A stretch of 64,000 nt of DNA, taken from a virus. Shown piece after piece: positions 11,916-21,752 of the stretch. The first letter of the stretch is position 1. Each line of letters begins with the position of its first letter. Both the position numbers and the translations under genes were made by a program. The notes under the pieces were generated by a model that made no database searches, was not told the origin of the DNA, and saw only the letters and a program-made list of their open reading frames with translations. The stretch lies in IMG/VR virus record IMGVR_UViG_3300009079_000013. The stretch is one strand, 5' to 3'.

Positions 11916-12674
11916 TTGAAAAATTTAATATCTTATTCAAATTACGTATTAGAACACTCTCACAACAGTGAATTGAATGAGCTAATAACCACGCTTTCCG
12001 ATTTTTGTTTTTCTAGTATAAACGAAGCTTCTGATACTAACGGTGAATATGTTATTTTACAGGAATTAGAAGTATCTGAACCAGGAATAGACGTAGATAT
12101 TCGCTTTCTTCTTAGAAAAGAACAAGACATTTCTTTAAAAAACGATTCTCATTTCTCTAAAATGAATTGGCAATCTGTAAAACTTGACAACAATGGATAT
12201 GTCGTAAGTGGAAATACATTTATGACAGATGGCAATATACCTGAAATAGAAATAATAATAGCACTAGATTCAAATAAAGTAAACTCTGAGACGAATAAAA
12301 AACTGTATTTAAATTTAAATAACACAATTTCTCATGAATTAAATCACTTGAAACAAACAGGTTGGAATATGGACTTTCAGAATATAGAACCTTCATCGAT
12401 GGAACACCGTAAGAAAAACAATAAAAAACATTCTTACTTCATATTGCCTGAAGAAATAGAATCAATGGTATATGGAATGAATAAACAAGCTGAAAAACAA
12501 GGCGTTCCAATTGATACCTTATTTGATTCATACCTAAAACCATTTGTAGAATCTGAGTTTATGACATATTCAGAGATGATGGAAATAATTAGAAAATGGA
12601 TATCTCATACATTAAAAATGTATCCTAACGCTTCTATGTCTAATAAATATGATAATATTATAGACAATATTTAA
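11916..12674 (+). CDS. Putative zincin metallopeptidase (HExxH)
   Basis: ISHELNHLKQ with downstream YFILPEEIES. Confidence 0.55.
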   Translation: MKNLISYSNYVLEHSHNSELNELITTLSDFCFSSINEASDTNGEYVILQELEVSEPGIDVDIRFLLRKEQDISLKNDSHFSKMNWQSVKLDNNGYVVSGNTFMTDGNIPEIEIIIALDSNKVNSETNKKLYLNLNNTISHELNHLKQTGWNMDFQNIEPSSMEHRKKNNKKHSYFILPEEIESMVYGMNKQAEKQGVPIDTLFDSYLKPFVESEFMTYSEMMEIIRKWISHTLKMYPNASMSNKYDNIIDNI

Positions 12675-12719
12675 AACCTTTAAGTTACTTATTTGTAGAA
12701 TATAAAAAAACAAATAAGT

Positions 12720-12983
12720 ATGAATAATCAATTTGAAGAATTAAGAAAAACAATCTATGACGTAAAAGAAAGTATCTTTTCTGAAATAGAAGGATTAATC
12801 GCAACTTGCGAAGAAGACGCTGATAAATTTTACGACAAAGGAAATAAAAGCGCAGGTACCAGAATCAGAAAAAGTGCCCAATTAATTAGAAAACAGATTC
12901 ATCACCCATCTATTAGAAAACAAATGGTTAAGATAGAAGAAGCTGCCAAAGAATTAAGATCGACTATTTCTGAAACTAAATAA
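12720..12983 (+). CDS. Histone H1-like (Hc1 family) nucleoid protein
   Basis: DADKFYDKGNKSAGTRIRK matches the GNKxAGTRxRK motif of Hc1 and Bacteroidota histone H1-like proteins. Confidence 0.75.
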   Translation: MNNQFEELRKTIYDVKESIFSEIEGLIATCEEDADKFYDKGNKSAGTRIRKSAQLIRKQIHHPSIRKQMVKIEEAAKELRSTISETK

Positions 12984-13036
12984 AATACATTTAGTATAAT
13001 ATACAAATATACAATAACTAAAAAAATACATTAAAA

Positions 13037-14041
13037 ATGAACGACTTTTTTAACTTACCGGATGAAACATTATCATCTACTAATCAAAATCAATCTTACG
13101 AAAAAAAGGTTGATACTAATTTATATGACCCTAATCCTGATTTAAGTAACGGTGTTTACAAATCAGTTATTAGATTCATACCTAATTTAAGAGACAAAAC
13201 ATTAAAATATACTAAATACAGTGCTAAGATTTGGAATCCTGTTGCTAGAAAATCAGTAGTAGTGGATTGTCCTTCTAATGAAAACAAACCTTCTGTTTTA
13301 TGGACACTGAGTACTATATTAGGAAGACTATACAAAGAAGAACCTACTATTGTTAAAGAAATAAATGAAAACTTTTCAAGATGGTATACTCATCACTCTT
13401 ATGTATATGTATCTAAAGATCCTACTATACCTGAGCTGCAAGGCCAAATCAAAATTTTTAAATACAGAGCTCAAATAAACGAGCTACTAGAGCAGCAGAT
13501 GAACCCAGAAGAAGATGGTTTATTAGAAAATACAACTAAAATAAATCCTTTTCACATGCTAGAAGGAAAAGATTTCTTATGTGTAGTTGGTAAAAAGACT
13601 AAAACATGGAGAGACTGGACTAAATGTAAATTCATGGACGAAGTAACACCTTTCAGATTTTCTATAAAGGATACTGAAGTTGTAATGAAAAATGAAGAAG
13701 GAGCTATAAAACTAGTAACAGAATTCTTTGAAAAAACAGCTCCGTCTATGAAAGAATATGAACACCAGCCATGGACAGAAGAAACTTACACTCAAGTAGC
13801 AGAGGCATTGAAGGCTGCTATTCCCTATAAACAAGTGTTAGATATGTTAGTTAATGAAACTAGAGATGAAAAAATGAAAGCACTATTAAAAGGTGAAACT
13901 TCATCTTCTTTGTCTCAAGAGTCTTTCTCTAAGGAAACTACTGAAGTCACTCCTACTACTGAAGTCACTTCTGCTACTGAAACTAGTAATTCATCTGATC
14001 TTAAATCTGATGAATATGACGATATATTCAGTAATTTATAA
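13037..14041 (+). CDS. ssDNA-binding protein (T4 gp32-like)
   Basis: SVIRFIP, DCP, KDPTIPELQGQIKIFKY, NPF..EGKDF and an acidic tail DEYDDIFSNL. Confidence 0.8.
   Translation: MNDFFNLPDETLSSTNQNQSYEKKVDTNLYDPNPDLSNGVYKSVIRFIPNLRDKTLKYTKYSAKIWNPVARKSVVVDCPSNENKPSVLWTLSTILGRLYKEEPTIVKEINENFSRWYTHHSYVYVSKDPTIPELQGQIKIFKYRAQINELLEQQMNPEEDGLLENTTKINPFHMLEGKDFLCVVGKKTKTWRDWTKCKFMDEVTPFRFSIKDTEVVMKNEEGAIKLVTEFFEKTAPSMKEYEHQPWTEETYTQVAEALKAAIPYKQVLDMLVNETRDEKMKALLKGETSSSLSQESFSKETTEVTPTTEVTSATETSNSSDLKSDEYDDIFSNL
13937..13981 (+). repeat. 18-bp tandem repeat (2.5 copies) encoding TTEVTP/TTEVTS/ATE
   Basis: ACTACTGAAGTCACTCCT ACTACTGAAGTCACTTCT GCTACTGAA. Confidence 0.8.
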
Positions 14042-14063
14042 TAATAAAAAAAACAACAAGTAT

Positions 14064-14369
14064 ATGTCAACCGATGTAAAAAATAAAGCAACAGAGACAG
14101 AGGACGCTGTTCAAGAAAAAGATCCCAATCAAGTAGTTCTCCTAGGAAGTATTTCATATAATGATGAAAAAGAATATATGCAATGGCTTTCTAAAATGGA
14201 CGTAAGTCAAGCTATTTTTGTATTAGTAGCAGGCGCAAACTTTGCACAATCCAAAGGCTTATTAAACCTAGCTGAATCTGAATTAATTTCATCAGCTATA
14301 CGGTCAATAAAAAATGGATCTACAGATACCACTGCCACTGAAATGCCTACTAACGAAGAAACTAAATAA
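14064..14369 (+). CDS. Hypothetical protein
   Basis: The ATG at 14064 follows an A-rich leader and avoids overlap with gp32. Confidence 0.65.
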   Translation: MSTDVKNKATETEDAVQEKDPNQVVLLGSISYNDEKEYMQWLSKMDVSQAIFVLVAGANFAQSKGLLNLAESELISSAIRSIKNGSTDTTATEMPTNEETK

Positions 14370-14383
14370 TAGTTAATTTTAAT

Positions 14384-15484
14384 ATGATTTACCTGATAGA
14401 CGGAAACGCGTACTTAAATGTTGCAATAAATGTAGTAAAGAGAATGCTATACACCGACAAAACAGCAGGAAAAGAATATTATATGAGAGACATCTTCAAT
14501 GAAGATAGGTATATCTTAAAGGAAACTGCAAGAATAAAATTTAGAGATTTTTCACTAAATTACCTATCTTCATTGATTTCTCCTGTTAGCGACTCAGTAA
14601 ACGAAGTTCACATAGTCTTTGATTCTAAAAGTTGGAGAAAAGAATATGTAACATCTAAGCTCAAAACTCTTTCTTTACCTTCAGGTGATTTTAAGTATAA
14701 AGACAGGAAAAAAGACAATATGATATATTTGTTTTTTGAGTATTTTCAAAATGAAATTCAAAGTTATCTTGAAAAAAATTCAGGTATTGTTTTTCATAGA
14801 ACGCCTGGTATGGAAGGTGATGATATAATCGCTCAACTTTGTGAAAATACTAATAAGAATATGATTATCTATACAGTAGATAAAGATATGTTTCAATTAG
14901 TAGAAGATTCTAGCAGATTCATTATTTTAGCCATGCCCAAAATGATGTCAAAGAACAAAAAAATATTCTACACTAAAAAAAGTGACGCTGGAGATTTCTT
15001 TAGTTTAACTGAGACAAATAGTGTTGAAGGAACTATTTCAAAATTTGAAAAGAGAGGGTATGTTAGAAATGAAATAGGCCCGATTAATGAAATAGTAACT
15101 AAGGTTTTTACTGGAGATAAATCAGATAATATCCCTAGAATACATAAAATGACTCCTTCTAAAGTTAAAAAAGTAGCAGCCTATCTTATAGAAAAATATG
15201 ACTCTGAAATATTAGATAAACTAGATAACTATAAAAATGATATTTCATTTATAGAAGAATGCGCTAAAAAAGTAATTGAAGTAGCCAAAATAAAAGACAG
15301 CGATGTCATTTTATCTTTAAACGAAGCGATATGCCTGAATATTAAATTAATGAGGTTATCCACCAAAATGATACCTTCTCATGTTAAAACAGAGGAGTAT
15401 GATAAAATATACAAAAATAAAGTATATACCAAATTTAACTATAATAAATTAGTAGAAATAAAAAATAATTCAGTACTTATATGA
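14384..15484 (+). CDS. rnh: 5'-3' exonuclease / T4 RNase H (FEN family)
   Basis: LIDGN, VFDSKSWRK, EGDDII, DKDMFQL and GDKSDNIP. Confidence 0.88.
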   Translation: MIYLIDGNAYLNVAINVVKRMLYTDKTAGKEYYMRDIFNEDRYILKETARIKFRDFSLNYLSSLISPVSDSVNEVHIVFDSKSWRKEYVTSKLKTLSLPSGDFKYKDRKKDNMIYLFFEYFQNEIQSYLEKNSGIVFHRTPGMEGDDIIAQLCENTNKNMIIYTVDKDMFQLVEDSSRFIILAMPKMMSKNKKIFYTKKSDAGDFFSLTETNSVEGTISKFEKRGYVRNEIGPINEIVTKVFTGDKSDNIPRIHKMTPSKVKKVAAYLIEKYDSEILDKLDNYKNDISFIEECAKKVIEVAKIKDSDVILSLNEAICLNIKLMRLSTKMIPSHVKTEEYDKIYKNKVYTKFNYNKLVEIKNNSVLI

Positions 15485-15780
15485 AACCGTTATACGAAAG
15501 AATTTTAATTAAACCAGTAGAAAAAGAAACTCAGACTAAGTCTGGTATTCTATTACCTGGAAAAGCAGTAAAAAGACCTAATATAGGAACAGTTGTTGCT
15601 TGCGGAGAAGGAACTCCTCATAATCCAATGAAAGTAAAAGCAGGTGATATTGTATTATGTAATAGATACGCGGGTATCGATATAAATTACAAAGATACTT
15701 CTCACTATGTTATTATGTCTAATGAAATTATCGCAGTATTGGACACTGTAGATGAAGTTAAGTTAGACGAATATGAATAG
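15481..15780 (+). CDS. groES: Co-chaperonin GroES
   Basis: KPLYERILIK, TKSGILLP, GTVVACGEG and VKAGDIVL. Confidence 0.95.
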   Translation: MKPLYERILIKPVEKETQTKSGILLPGKAVKRPNIGTVVACGEGTPHNPMKVKAGDIVLCNRYAGIDINYKDTSHYVIMSNEIIAVLDTVDEVKLDEYE

Positions 15781-16801
15781 GAAGTTTGATTTCAATGACA
15801 TACTAATATGTCCAGCAATCCAAACATCTATACAATCTAGAGATAATATAGATATTTATTATCCAGATGGTAATCTCCCAATAATAACGGCTCCAATGGA
15901 TACTGTTATATCAAGACAAAACGAACATGCATTTAGCTCTAATAGAATTATAGCGTGTTTACCTAGGGGTGAAAAGACAGGATTTTCAGGAATAGAATCG
16001 TATTCATTGCACGATATAACTAAAATGTTTAATTCTGGTGAACTTAAGAAACACTCAGGTTACTTAATAGATATAGCCAATGGTCATATCAATGATTTAG
16101 AAAGTATCACTAGAAGCATTAAAAACAAATATGGTGATGACATATATCTAATGGTAGGTAATGTAGCTCATCCTAAAACATATAAAATATTATCTGAAGC
16201 GGGTGCAGATTCAATTAGAGTAGGGATAGGTAATGGAGCAGGTTGCTTAACAACACAGCAAACAGGAGTAGGTTATCCAATGGCTTCTCTTATTCAAGAA
16301 TGTTATCATGAATCTTGTTCTTTAGATAAACCTGCTATGATAGTGGCAGATGGAGGAATGAAGACGTATTCTGATATAATAAAGGCTCTAGCATTAGGCG
16401 CAGATTTCGTTATGCTGGGATCTATTTTAAATAAAGCGCTAGAAAGTTGTTCACCATGTATGTATGAATCTAAATTTGCAGGAAACTCTACTGGTTTAAA
16501 TGAATTAACTCATACAGAAGCGTTGGAAATGTTTAACAATGGACAACCCATATTTAAAAACTTTAGAGGCATGTCAACTAAAGAAGTTCAAAAGAAATGG
16601 GGAAAACAAAATATAAAAACCTCAGAAGGTATATCTGAAATTAGACAAGTTGAATATACTCTTTCAGGCTGGACTGACAATTTTAAACACTACTTAAAGT
16701 CAGCAATGAGCTACACTAATTCTATAAATCTAAATGAATTTATAGGAAAAGTTGTTATTGATATGATAACAAATAACGCTTACGAAAGATTTAAAAAATA
16801 A
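15773..16801 (+). CDS. guaC: GMP reductase (IMPDH/GMPR family)
   Basis: APMDTV, RVGIGNGAGCLT, ADGG, FRGMS and SEG. No CBS domains. Confidence 0.8.
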   Translation: MNRKFDFNDILICPAIQTSIQSRDNIDIYYPDGNLPIITAPMDTVISRQNEHAFSSNRIIACLPRGEKTGFSGIESYSLHDITKMFNSGELKKHSGYLIDIANGHINDLESITRSIKNKYGDDIYLMVGNVAHPKTYKILSEAGADSIRVGIGNGAGCLTTQQTGVGYPMASLIQECYHESCSLDKPAMIVADGGMKTYSDIIKALALGADFVMLGSILNKALESCSPCMYESKFAGNSTGLNELTHTEALEMFNNGQPIFKNFRGMSTKEVQKKWGKQNIKTSEGISEIRQVEYTLSGWTDNFKHYLKSAMSYTNSINLNEFIGKVVIDMITNNAYERFKK

Positions 16802-16807
16802 CCAAAA

Positions 16808-17386
16808 ATGAAAATGGCAGATATGAATAGCCTACCGCTTCCTTTACATAGAACTCTTATGTTTGCAAAGGACGTTAATTTAGAGTCAATTGAGGCTTTA
16901 TCTAGAAATATACTTAGGATAAATGAAGACGATGATCATCTTGAAAAATTGTACAAAGTCTACGATATAGATTATATCAGAAGACCCATTAAAATAATGA
17001 TAGATAGTTATGGAGGATATGTATATCAATGTATGGGATTACTTGGTATAATGGAAAAATCAGTTACTCCTGTGCATACCTATGCAACAGGTGCTGCAAT
17101 GTCCTGTGGTTTTATGATACTTATATCTGGACATAAAAGGTTTGCCTATAGACATGCTACTCCTATGTATCATCAAGTATCTACTGGTTTTTGGGGAAAA
17201 ACACAGGATATGGAAGAAAGTTATAAAGAAACTAAAAGACTTCAACAAAAATTTGAAAACATAACATTAGAATCAACAAAAATATCTAAAACTAAGTTAA
17301 AAGATATTCTTAAAACAAAGCAAGATTGGTACATGGATGCTAAAGAAGCTTTATCACATGGGGTAATAGATAAAATAATAGATTAA
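16808..17386 (+). CDS. clpP: ClpP-family serine protease
   Basis: IDSYGG, AAMSCG, MYHQ and DWYMDAKEALSHGVIDKI. Confidence 0.88.
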   Translation: MKMADMNSLPLPLHRTLMFAKDVNLESIEALSRNILRINEDDDHLEKLYKVYDIDYIRRPIKIMIDSYGGYVYQCMGLLGIMEKSVTPVHTYATGAAMSCGFMILISGHKRFAYRHATPMYHQVSTGFWGKTQDMEESYKETKRLQQKFENITLESTKISKTKLKDILKTKQDWYMDAKEALSHGVIDKIID

Positions 17387-17387
17387 T

Positions 17388-17609
17388 ATGAACAAAGAAT
17401 TATACATAATGCTAGAAACAATGGCTTTAGCAGAAATTGCAAAAGCTAAAATGAGTTTACACCTTTTAGGAGAAAAATCAGTTGGCATAGGAGACCATTC
17501 AACTGCTGATTTTTATAATAACGCAGACGAAGCTCTCGCTAAATTAGCCGAAGCTGAAGATAAACTACAATGCTTAGAAAAAAATTATACACAAAAAGTT
17601 AAACTTTAA
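17388..17609 (+). CDS. Small conserved phage hypothetical protein
   Basis: Operonic ORF; VGIGDHS followed by a helix. Confidence 0.65.
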   Translation: MNKELYIMLETMALAEIAKAKMSLHLLGEKSVGIGDHSTADFYNNADEALAKLAEAEDKLQCLEKNYTQKVKL

Positions 17610-17627
17610 TAAAAACTTTAGTATAAT
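17601..17627 (+). promoter_or_regulatory. Promoter AAAC-N17-TATAAT upstream of the ncRNA
   Basis: AAAC at 17601-04, TATAAT at 17622-27, and a boxA-like GTTCTTTAA at 17648-56. Confidence 0.6.
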
Positions 17628-17663
17628 ATTTTACAAGTAAGAAAAACGTTCTTTAATTTATTG

Positions 17664-18083
17664 GTGAAAGGTGTCAGATATCGACGGATTGATGACATTG
17701 ATATGTGCCTGAATAATAAGTGAAGCGAAGCTTATAAAGGAATGTATTAGATCGATGGATCGCAATTAAAGTCCTATACCAAGGACCTACTCTAATGAGA
17801 ATATTGAACTAAGATAGCTCTTAGAATACATGTACATAATAACAAGAATCTAAAAGATTCGCAAATTGTTTATAGGTAATACAAAAATCCTATTTAATGA
17901 CTGAATAACCATTACGTTTGCGTGGTAAGGTGTTTCTTAGACCATAGTGGTCCTAACGATGTGATGAACGAGTACAAGTTTAAAATGAGTTAGTTCTTTG
18001 ACAGAAGAAATAGAAAGCAACAATAATTTGTAGTAAACGATTAAGTTAGAGGTAATCTTTAATCCTCTCATATCATCTTTCAC
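17664..18083 (+). ncRNA. Large structured ncRNA of about 420 nt; possibly ROOL/GOLLD-like, family unassigned
   Basis: No ORF of 60 aa or more. It has its own promoter and terminator, the 5' and 3' ends pair (GTGAAAG/CTTTCAC and TGATATG/CATATCA), and there are many nested hairpins. Confidence 0.7.
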
Positions 18084-18094
18084 TTTTTATATTT

Positions 18095-18123
18095 AAACCC
18101 AATCTTTTTAGATTGGGTTTTTT
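18095..18123 (+). terminator. Terminator downstream of the ncRNA
   Basis: AAACCCAATCT-TTTT-AGATTGGGTTT followed by TTT. Confidence 0.85.
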
Positions 18124-18165
18124 AGGTATACCTGATTTTTTTAAAATTCCTTTCTCTCTAAACTA

Positions 18166-18193
18166 AAAGAAGAGAGCAATTGCTCTCTTCTTT
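18166..18193 (-). terminator. Terminator for the tail sheath gene (perfect 28-bp palindrome)
   Basis: AAAGAAGAGAGCAATTGCTCTCTTCTTT. Confidence 0.75.
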
Positions 18194-18215
18194 ATACTTT
18201 CGTATGAATGTTTAG

Positions 18216-21152
18216 TTAGAAACTTGGAGTAAATCCAGTTGAATCTGAGCTTAATCCTCCACCAACTCTAGTAATAGTAATTCTATTGATGAATTTATGA
18301 ATTCCTCTTGGGAAGTCTACACTAATATCAACAATCGCAGTATTAGCTTCAATTACTTCATTAGTATTATTCTCAGTATCAAATTGTACTGTATAGCCTT
18401 GAAGACCTCTAGCATTTACAACTGAGTCCATGTAGTTTTCTAATATTCCTTTAACTCTTAATCTTGTGATTTCATCATTAAAGTCAAATAAGAAATTAAC
18501 TAATATTTGTTCAATGTCTCTTTCAATAGTAGATAGGTTATCTCTAATATGAGCATTGTTAAGAGCTGATTTAACTCTTTGGTATGCAGTGTTATTACTA
18601 AATACTGTAATTCCAAATCCTCTTCTTTTAACTATTAAATTATGACCAACTGGCTCTAAGAAATCTCTATCGTCATTTGTTAAATCATATTCTAATCCAA
18701 CTACTTCTGGATCAGTGATAATAGCTCTTTTACCAGCAGTAATCAAGAAAGGTGTTCCGTTCTTAAATTTTCTAACATACGCGTTAGATACATAAGCTGC
18801 TGGTGGAACTGATTTAGTTTTACCGCCTTCTCTAATAAGCATGTTTGGCATTACAAAATATTCGTAAGATGACAATGGCACTCCATTAACATCTTCATCT
18901 GCAAATTTAAAGGTATAGCTTGGATTCAAACTTAAATTACCTCCTTTAGAAATATATTCTGTTGAAACTAATTTATTTACAACGTTAACAAAACTAGGGT
19001 CAACTGATTTTTCAAATTGTTCAAATGAAGGATCGTTTAATATCGCCATGACCTTTCCATTCATTGCTGCTATTTTTCCAAGATGATACTTAGAAGATTG
19101 AGATAGATCTCCTTCATAAGAATCTACTATATATCTATAATCTATAGTTTCTCTGTCTGAAAGAGCAGAAGGTATTGCTGTATATTTAAACAGATACTCT
19201 AATATCTCTTTTTGTCTATCTGATGTAGAGTTAGGTAACAATCCAGTTCTTATTTTGAATCCTTTCATACATTGTCCCTTTAAAGAACCTACAAAGTTTG
19301 CAATTCCTTTATATACGGATATTGTATTTCCAGTAGTGTCTAATCCATCTACTTCGTTTATGCTAGGTACCATAGTAGTAATAACATATTCTAACCTATA
19401 AGGGCTTAAATCTTCGCTTGATGTAATTGAAATTATCTTAAGCAGCCTAGGTCTTGAATCTCCTACTAATCTAGCTTTAATATAGTGATTAACTTTTAAA
19501 AATTCATCAATCTCTGCTTTTTCAGCAGCATTAGCTGTATTTATACCTAATACTAATTTATTAGGTTGTTGTATTTGATAATCAGTAAAATAATCAGTGT
19601 CAGTTAAATCAAATACCTTTTTAAAATCTGAACCTGAATCTAATACATATTTTATGTAGTCGTCTACGTTATTATACGTATTTACTGCGATTCTATTTAA
19701 TAAACTGGAATCCTGATATGTGTAAATCTTAATGTAAGAATAATCATTTCCTCCAAGGTCTTGTATAAAACCATCTTCTATTTTAGAATAATAAGTGTTT
19801 ACGCCATCAATAGATTCGTCTCCTGTTCTTAAGAAGCCATCTGTATATGCTTTATAAACTTTACTATCTTCAAAAGCTATTAAATAATCATCAGCAGCTG
19901 TCCATTTAATTAAACTACTTGTTGTTGCTCCAGTAAAATCATTCTCTGGCAAAGACAAATCTATTTTGTAAATAAGTTCCTTGTCTCCAGGTTTACTATA
20001 ACTCAATATGTCTATTAAAGGTGTACTATCTGCTACAGTTCCAGATGGTTCAAAACCACCGTTGTCTATTGAATATACATCGTCTGAATCTAATTCATCA
20101 TATCCATGTCCTATTGTATCAACTCTATGTGTTTCCATGTTGATATCGCTAAAATTGTCGTCTTCTAAGTCTATCAAATCTAATTTATCTGCGTCTAATG
20201 CACATAATAAACCGGTAGTGGCAAATAATCTATTTACTAATGAATCAACTGATGCAATAGTACCACTTTGATCTTTAAATTCTGGTATCAAACATCCTGT
20301 TACTCTAGCGATTGCTTGTACTTCTTGTAAAGCTAAGAATGAAGGTACTTGACTGTCTATCAATCCGCTTTCATCAAAGAATTGACTAAATAGAGCATCT
20401 TTTGATAATCTAATGTTATTAGACCAATCTCCATCTACTATGATTACTTCTACGAAATAATCTGAAATAAAATCGTCTGCGCTAACAAAATTAGGAAAGT
20501 CAATTGATTCTCCAAAACTAGCATACCATTCTTTAGCTGTTACATCAAATCCAGTAACGGTTGCTTTTCTAACCCACACCGTCATATTAGTGTTTCCTGT
20601 ATTAGCAAAACTTAATATTTTATTTGATGCGATAGATGCGTTACCAAATGAACTAGGATTTAATATATAATCATCTCCTAATGCTAAGTTTTTTGATTTA
20701 TTTAAGCTTTCATCATCCGCGAACCACAGTTTTCTCTTGTTAAAGAATTCAACTAGTGGATATTGATATGGTGCAGAGTCTTCATTATTAGAAGAAGATT
20801 CAGTATTATATGTTGTAAAGTAGGCTTTATCTAAGTTAGCAACAACGTCAGTGTCTGTATCTAAAGGCAGTACATTCATTGCAAAAACGGGACCTTCCCG
20901 TAATGCTACTTCTATTGTTCTATGAAAGTAACTTCCTTGTTTTTCTAATTGAGTATCTCTGTCTCCATATACTGCGTTTAATGTACGTACATCGTTTATT
21001 AATACCACTGTATTAAAAGGACCTTTTCTACTAGATCCTATGATTAATCTTCCTGTCGTAAGCGGTAGAGCTAGACCTTGACTTTGGTCTATTTCAACTG
21101 TATACACACCAGATGATTTAAAGTTGTTTAAGTTTAATACTTTTTCGGCCAT
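18216..21152 (-). CDS. Contractile tail sheath protein (gp18-like)
   Basis: SSGVYTVEID, GSSRKGPFN, VPPAAYV, SALNNAHIRD and FLFDFNDEITR. ATAAATA at 21174-21180. Confidence 0.9.
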   Translation of the reverse strand: MAEKVLNLNNFKSSGVYTVEIDQSQGLALPLTTGRLIIGSSRKGPFNTVVLINDVRTLNAVYGDRDTQLEKQGSYFHRTIEVALREGPVFAMNVLPLDTDTDVVANLDKAYFTTYNTESSSNNEDSAPYQYPLVEFFNKRKLWFADDESLNKSKNLALGDDYILNPSSFGNASIASNKILSFANTGNTNMTVWVRKATVTGFDVTAKEWYASFGESIDFPNFVSADDFISDYFVEVIIVDGDWSNNIRLSKDALFSQFFDESGLIDSQVPSFLALQEVQAIARVTGCLIPEFKDQSGTIASVDSLVNRLFATTGLLCALDADKLDLIDLEDDNFSDINMETHRVDTIGHGYDELDSDDVYSIDNGGFEPSGTVADSTPLIDILSYSKPGDKELIYKIDLSLPENDFTGATTSSLIKWTAADDYLIAFEDSKVYKAYTDGFLRTGDESIDGVNTYYSKIEDGFIQDLGGNDYSYIKIYTYQDSSLLNRIAVNTYNNVDDYIKYVLDSGSDFKKVFDLTDTDYFTDYQIQQPNKLVLGINTANAAEKAEIDEFLKVNHYIKARLVGDSRPRLLKIISITSSEDLSPYRLEYVITTMVPSINEVDGLDTTGNTISVYKGIANFVGSLKGQCMKGFKIRTGLLPNSTSDRQKEILEYLFKYTAIPSALSDRETIDYRYIVDSYEGDLSQSSKYHLGKIAAMNGKVMAILNDPSFEQFEKSVDPSFVNVVNKLVSTEYISKGGNLSLNPSYTFKFADEDVNGVPLSSYEYFVMPNMLIREGGKTKSVPPAAYVSNAYVRKFKNGTPFLITAGKRAIITDPEVVGLEYDLTNDDRDFLEPVGHNLIVKRRGFGITVFSNNTAYQRVKSALNNAHIRDNLSTIERDIEQILVNFLFDFNDEITRLRVKGILENYMDSVVNARGLQGYTVQFDTENNTNEVIEANTAIVDISVDFPRGIHKFINRITITRVGGGLSSDSTGFTPSF

Positions 21153-21274
21153 TACTGATACTATATTTTTAATTATTTATCCAATATTCTAACTAATAAA
21201 ATTAAAAATGCAAAAAAATAAACCTTTTGCAAATATTTAGTAAAAGATTATACAGTTTTAAAAAAATAAATAGT

Positions 21275-21739
21275 ATGGCAAACTCAGACAACAAATGTTC
21301 AGATTTAGAAGTAAAGGATACATATACTGATGCAAAAGATACATTCGGTATGATTTACAATAAACAAAAGGAACTACAGCAACGATTAGGATTAGATTAT
21401 ACGAACCTTTCTCTACAGGAAATAGCAGAGTCTTGGATGGTAAATAAGCATGCAATGAGCGATGAATTAAATGAAATGTTTGATGCATTAGGCGGTATAA
21501 ATGACGGTATAGGTTCATCTGCTTGGAAATACTGGAAAAAAGACCATTATAAATCAAGCGAAATGACTATTAAGGATTTATCAGATGAAGATAAATTAGA
21601 ATTATATTACGAATGGATAGATGGACTTCATTTTTATATGAATTTTGCAATAGCAATAGGTATGACAAGTAAAGACATTGTAAATTTATACATGGCTAAA
21701 AACGCAGAAAATCACGACCGTCAGGATAGAGGTTACTAA
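21275..21739 (+). CDS. Dimeric all-alpha dUTPase/dCTPase (T4 gp56-like)
   Basis: DELNEM, WKYWK, EWIDGLHF and YMAKNAENHDRQDRGY. Confidence 0.85.
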   Translation: MANSDNKCSDLEVKDTYTDAKDTFGMIYNKQKELQQRLGLDYTNLSLQEIAESWMVNKHAMSDELNEMFDALGGINDGIGSSAWKYWKKDHYKSSEMTIKDLSDEDKLELYYEWIDGLHFYMNFAIAIGMTSKDIVNLYMAKNAENHDRQDRGY

Positions 21740-21752
21740 AAAAATAAAAGAT

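Noticed and set aside
17664-18083. tmRNA or RNase P identity for the ncRNA (TCGACGG near the 5' end; ends in TTTCAC)
   Set aside because: There is no GGGG..CCACCA acceptor or GGTTCRAxTCC T-arm, and no GAGGAAAGTCC / CGGCTTA RNase P core.
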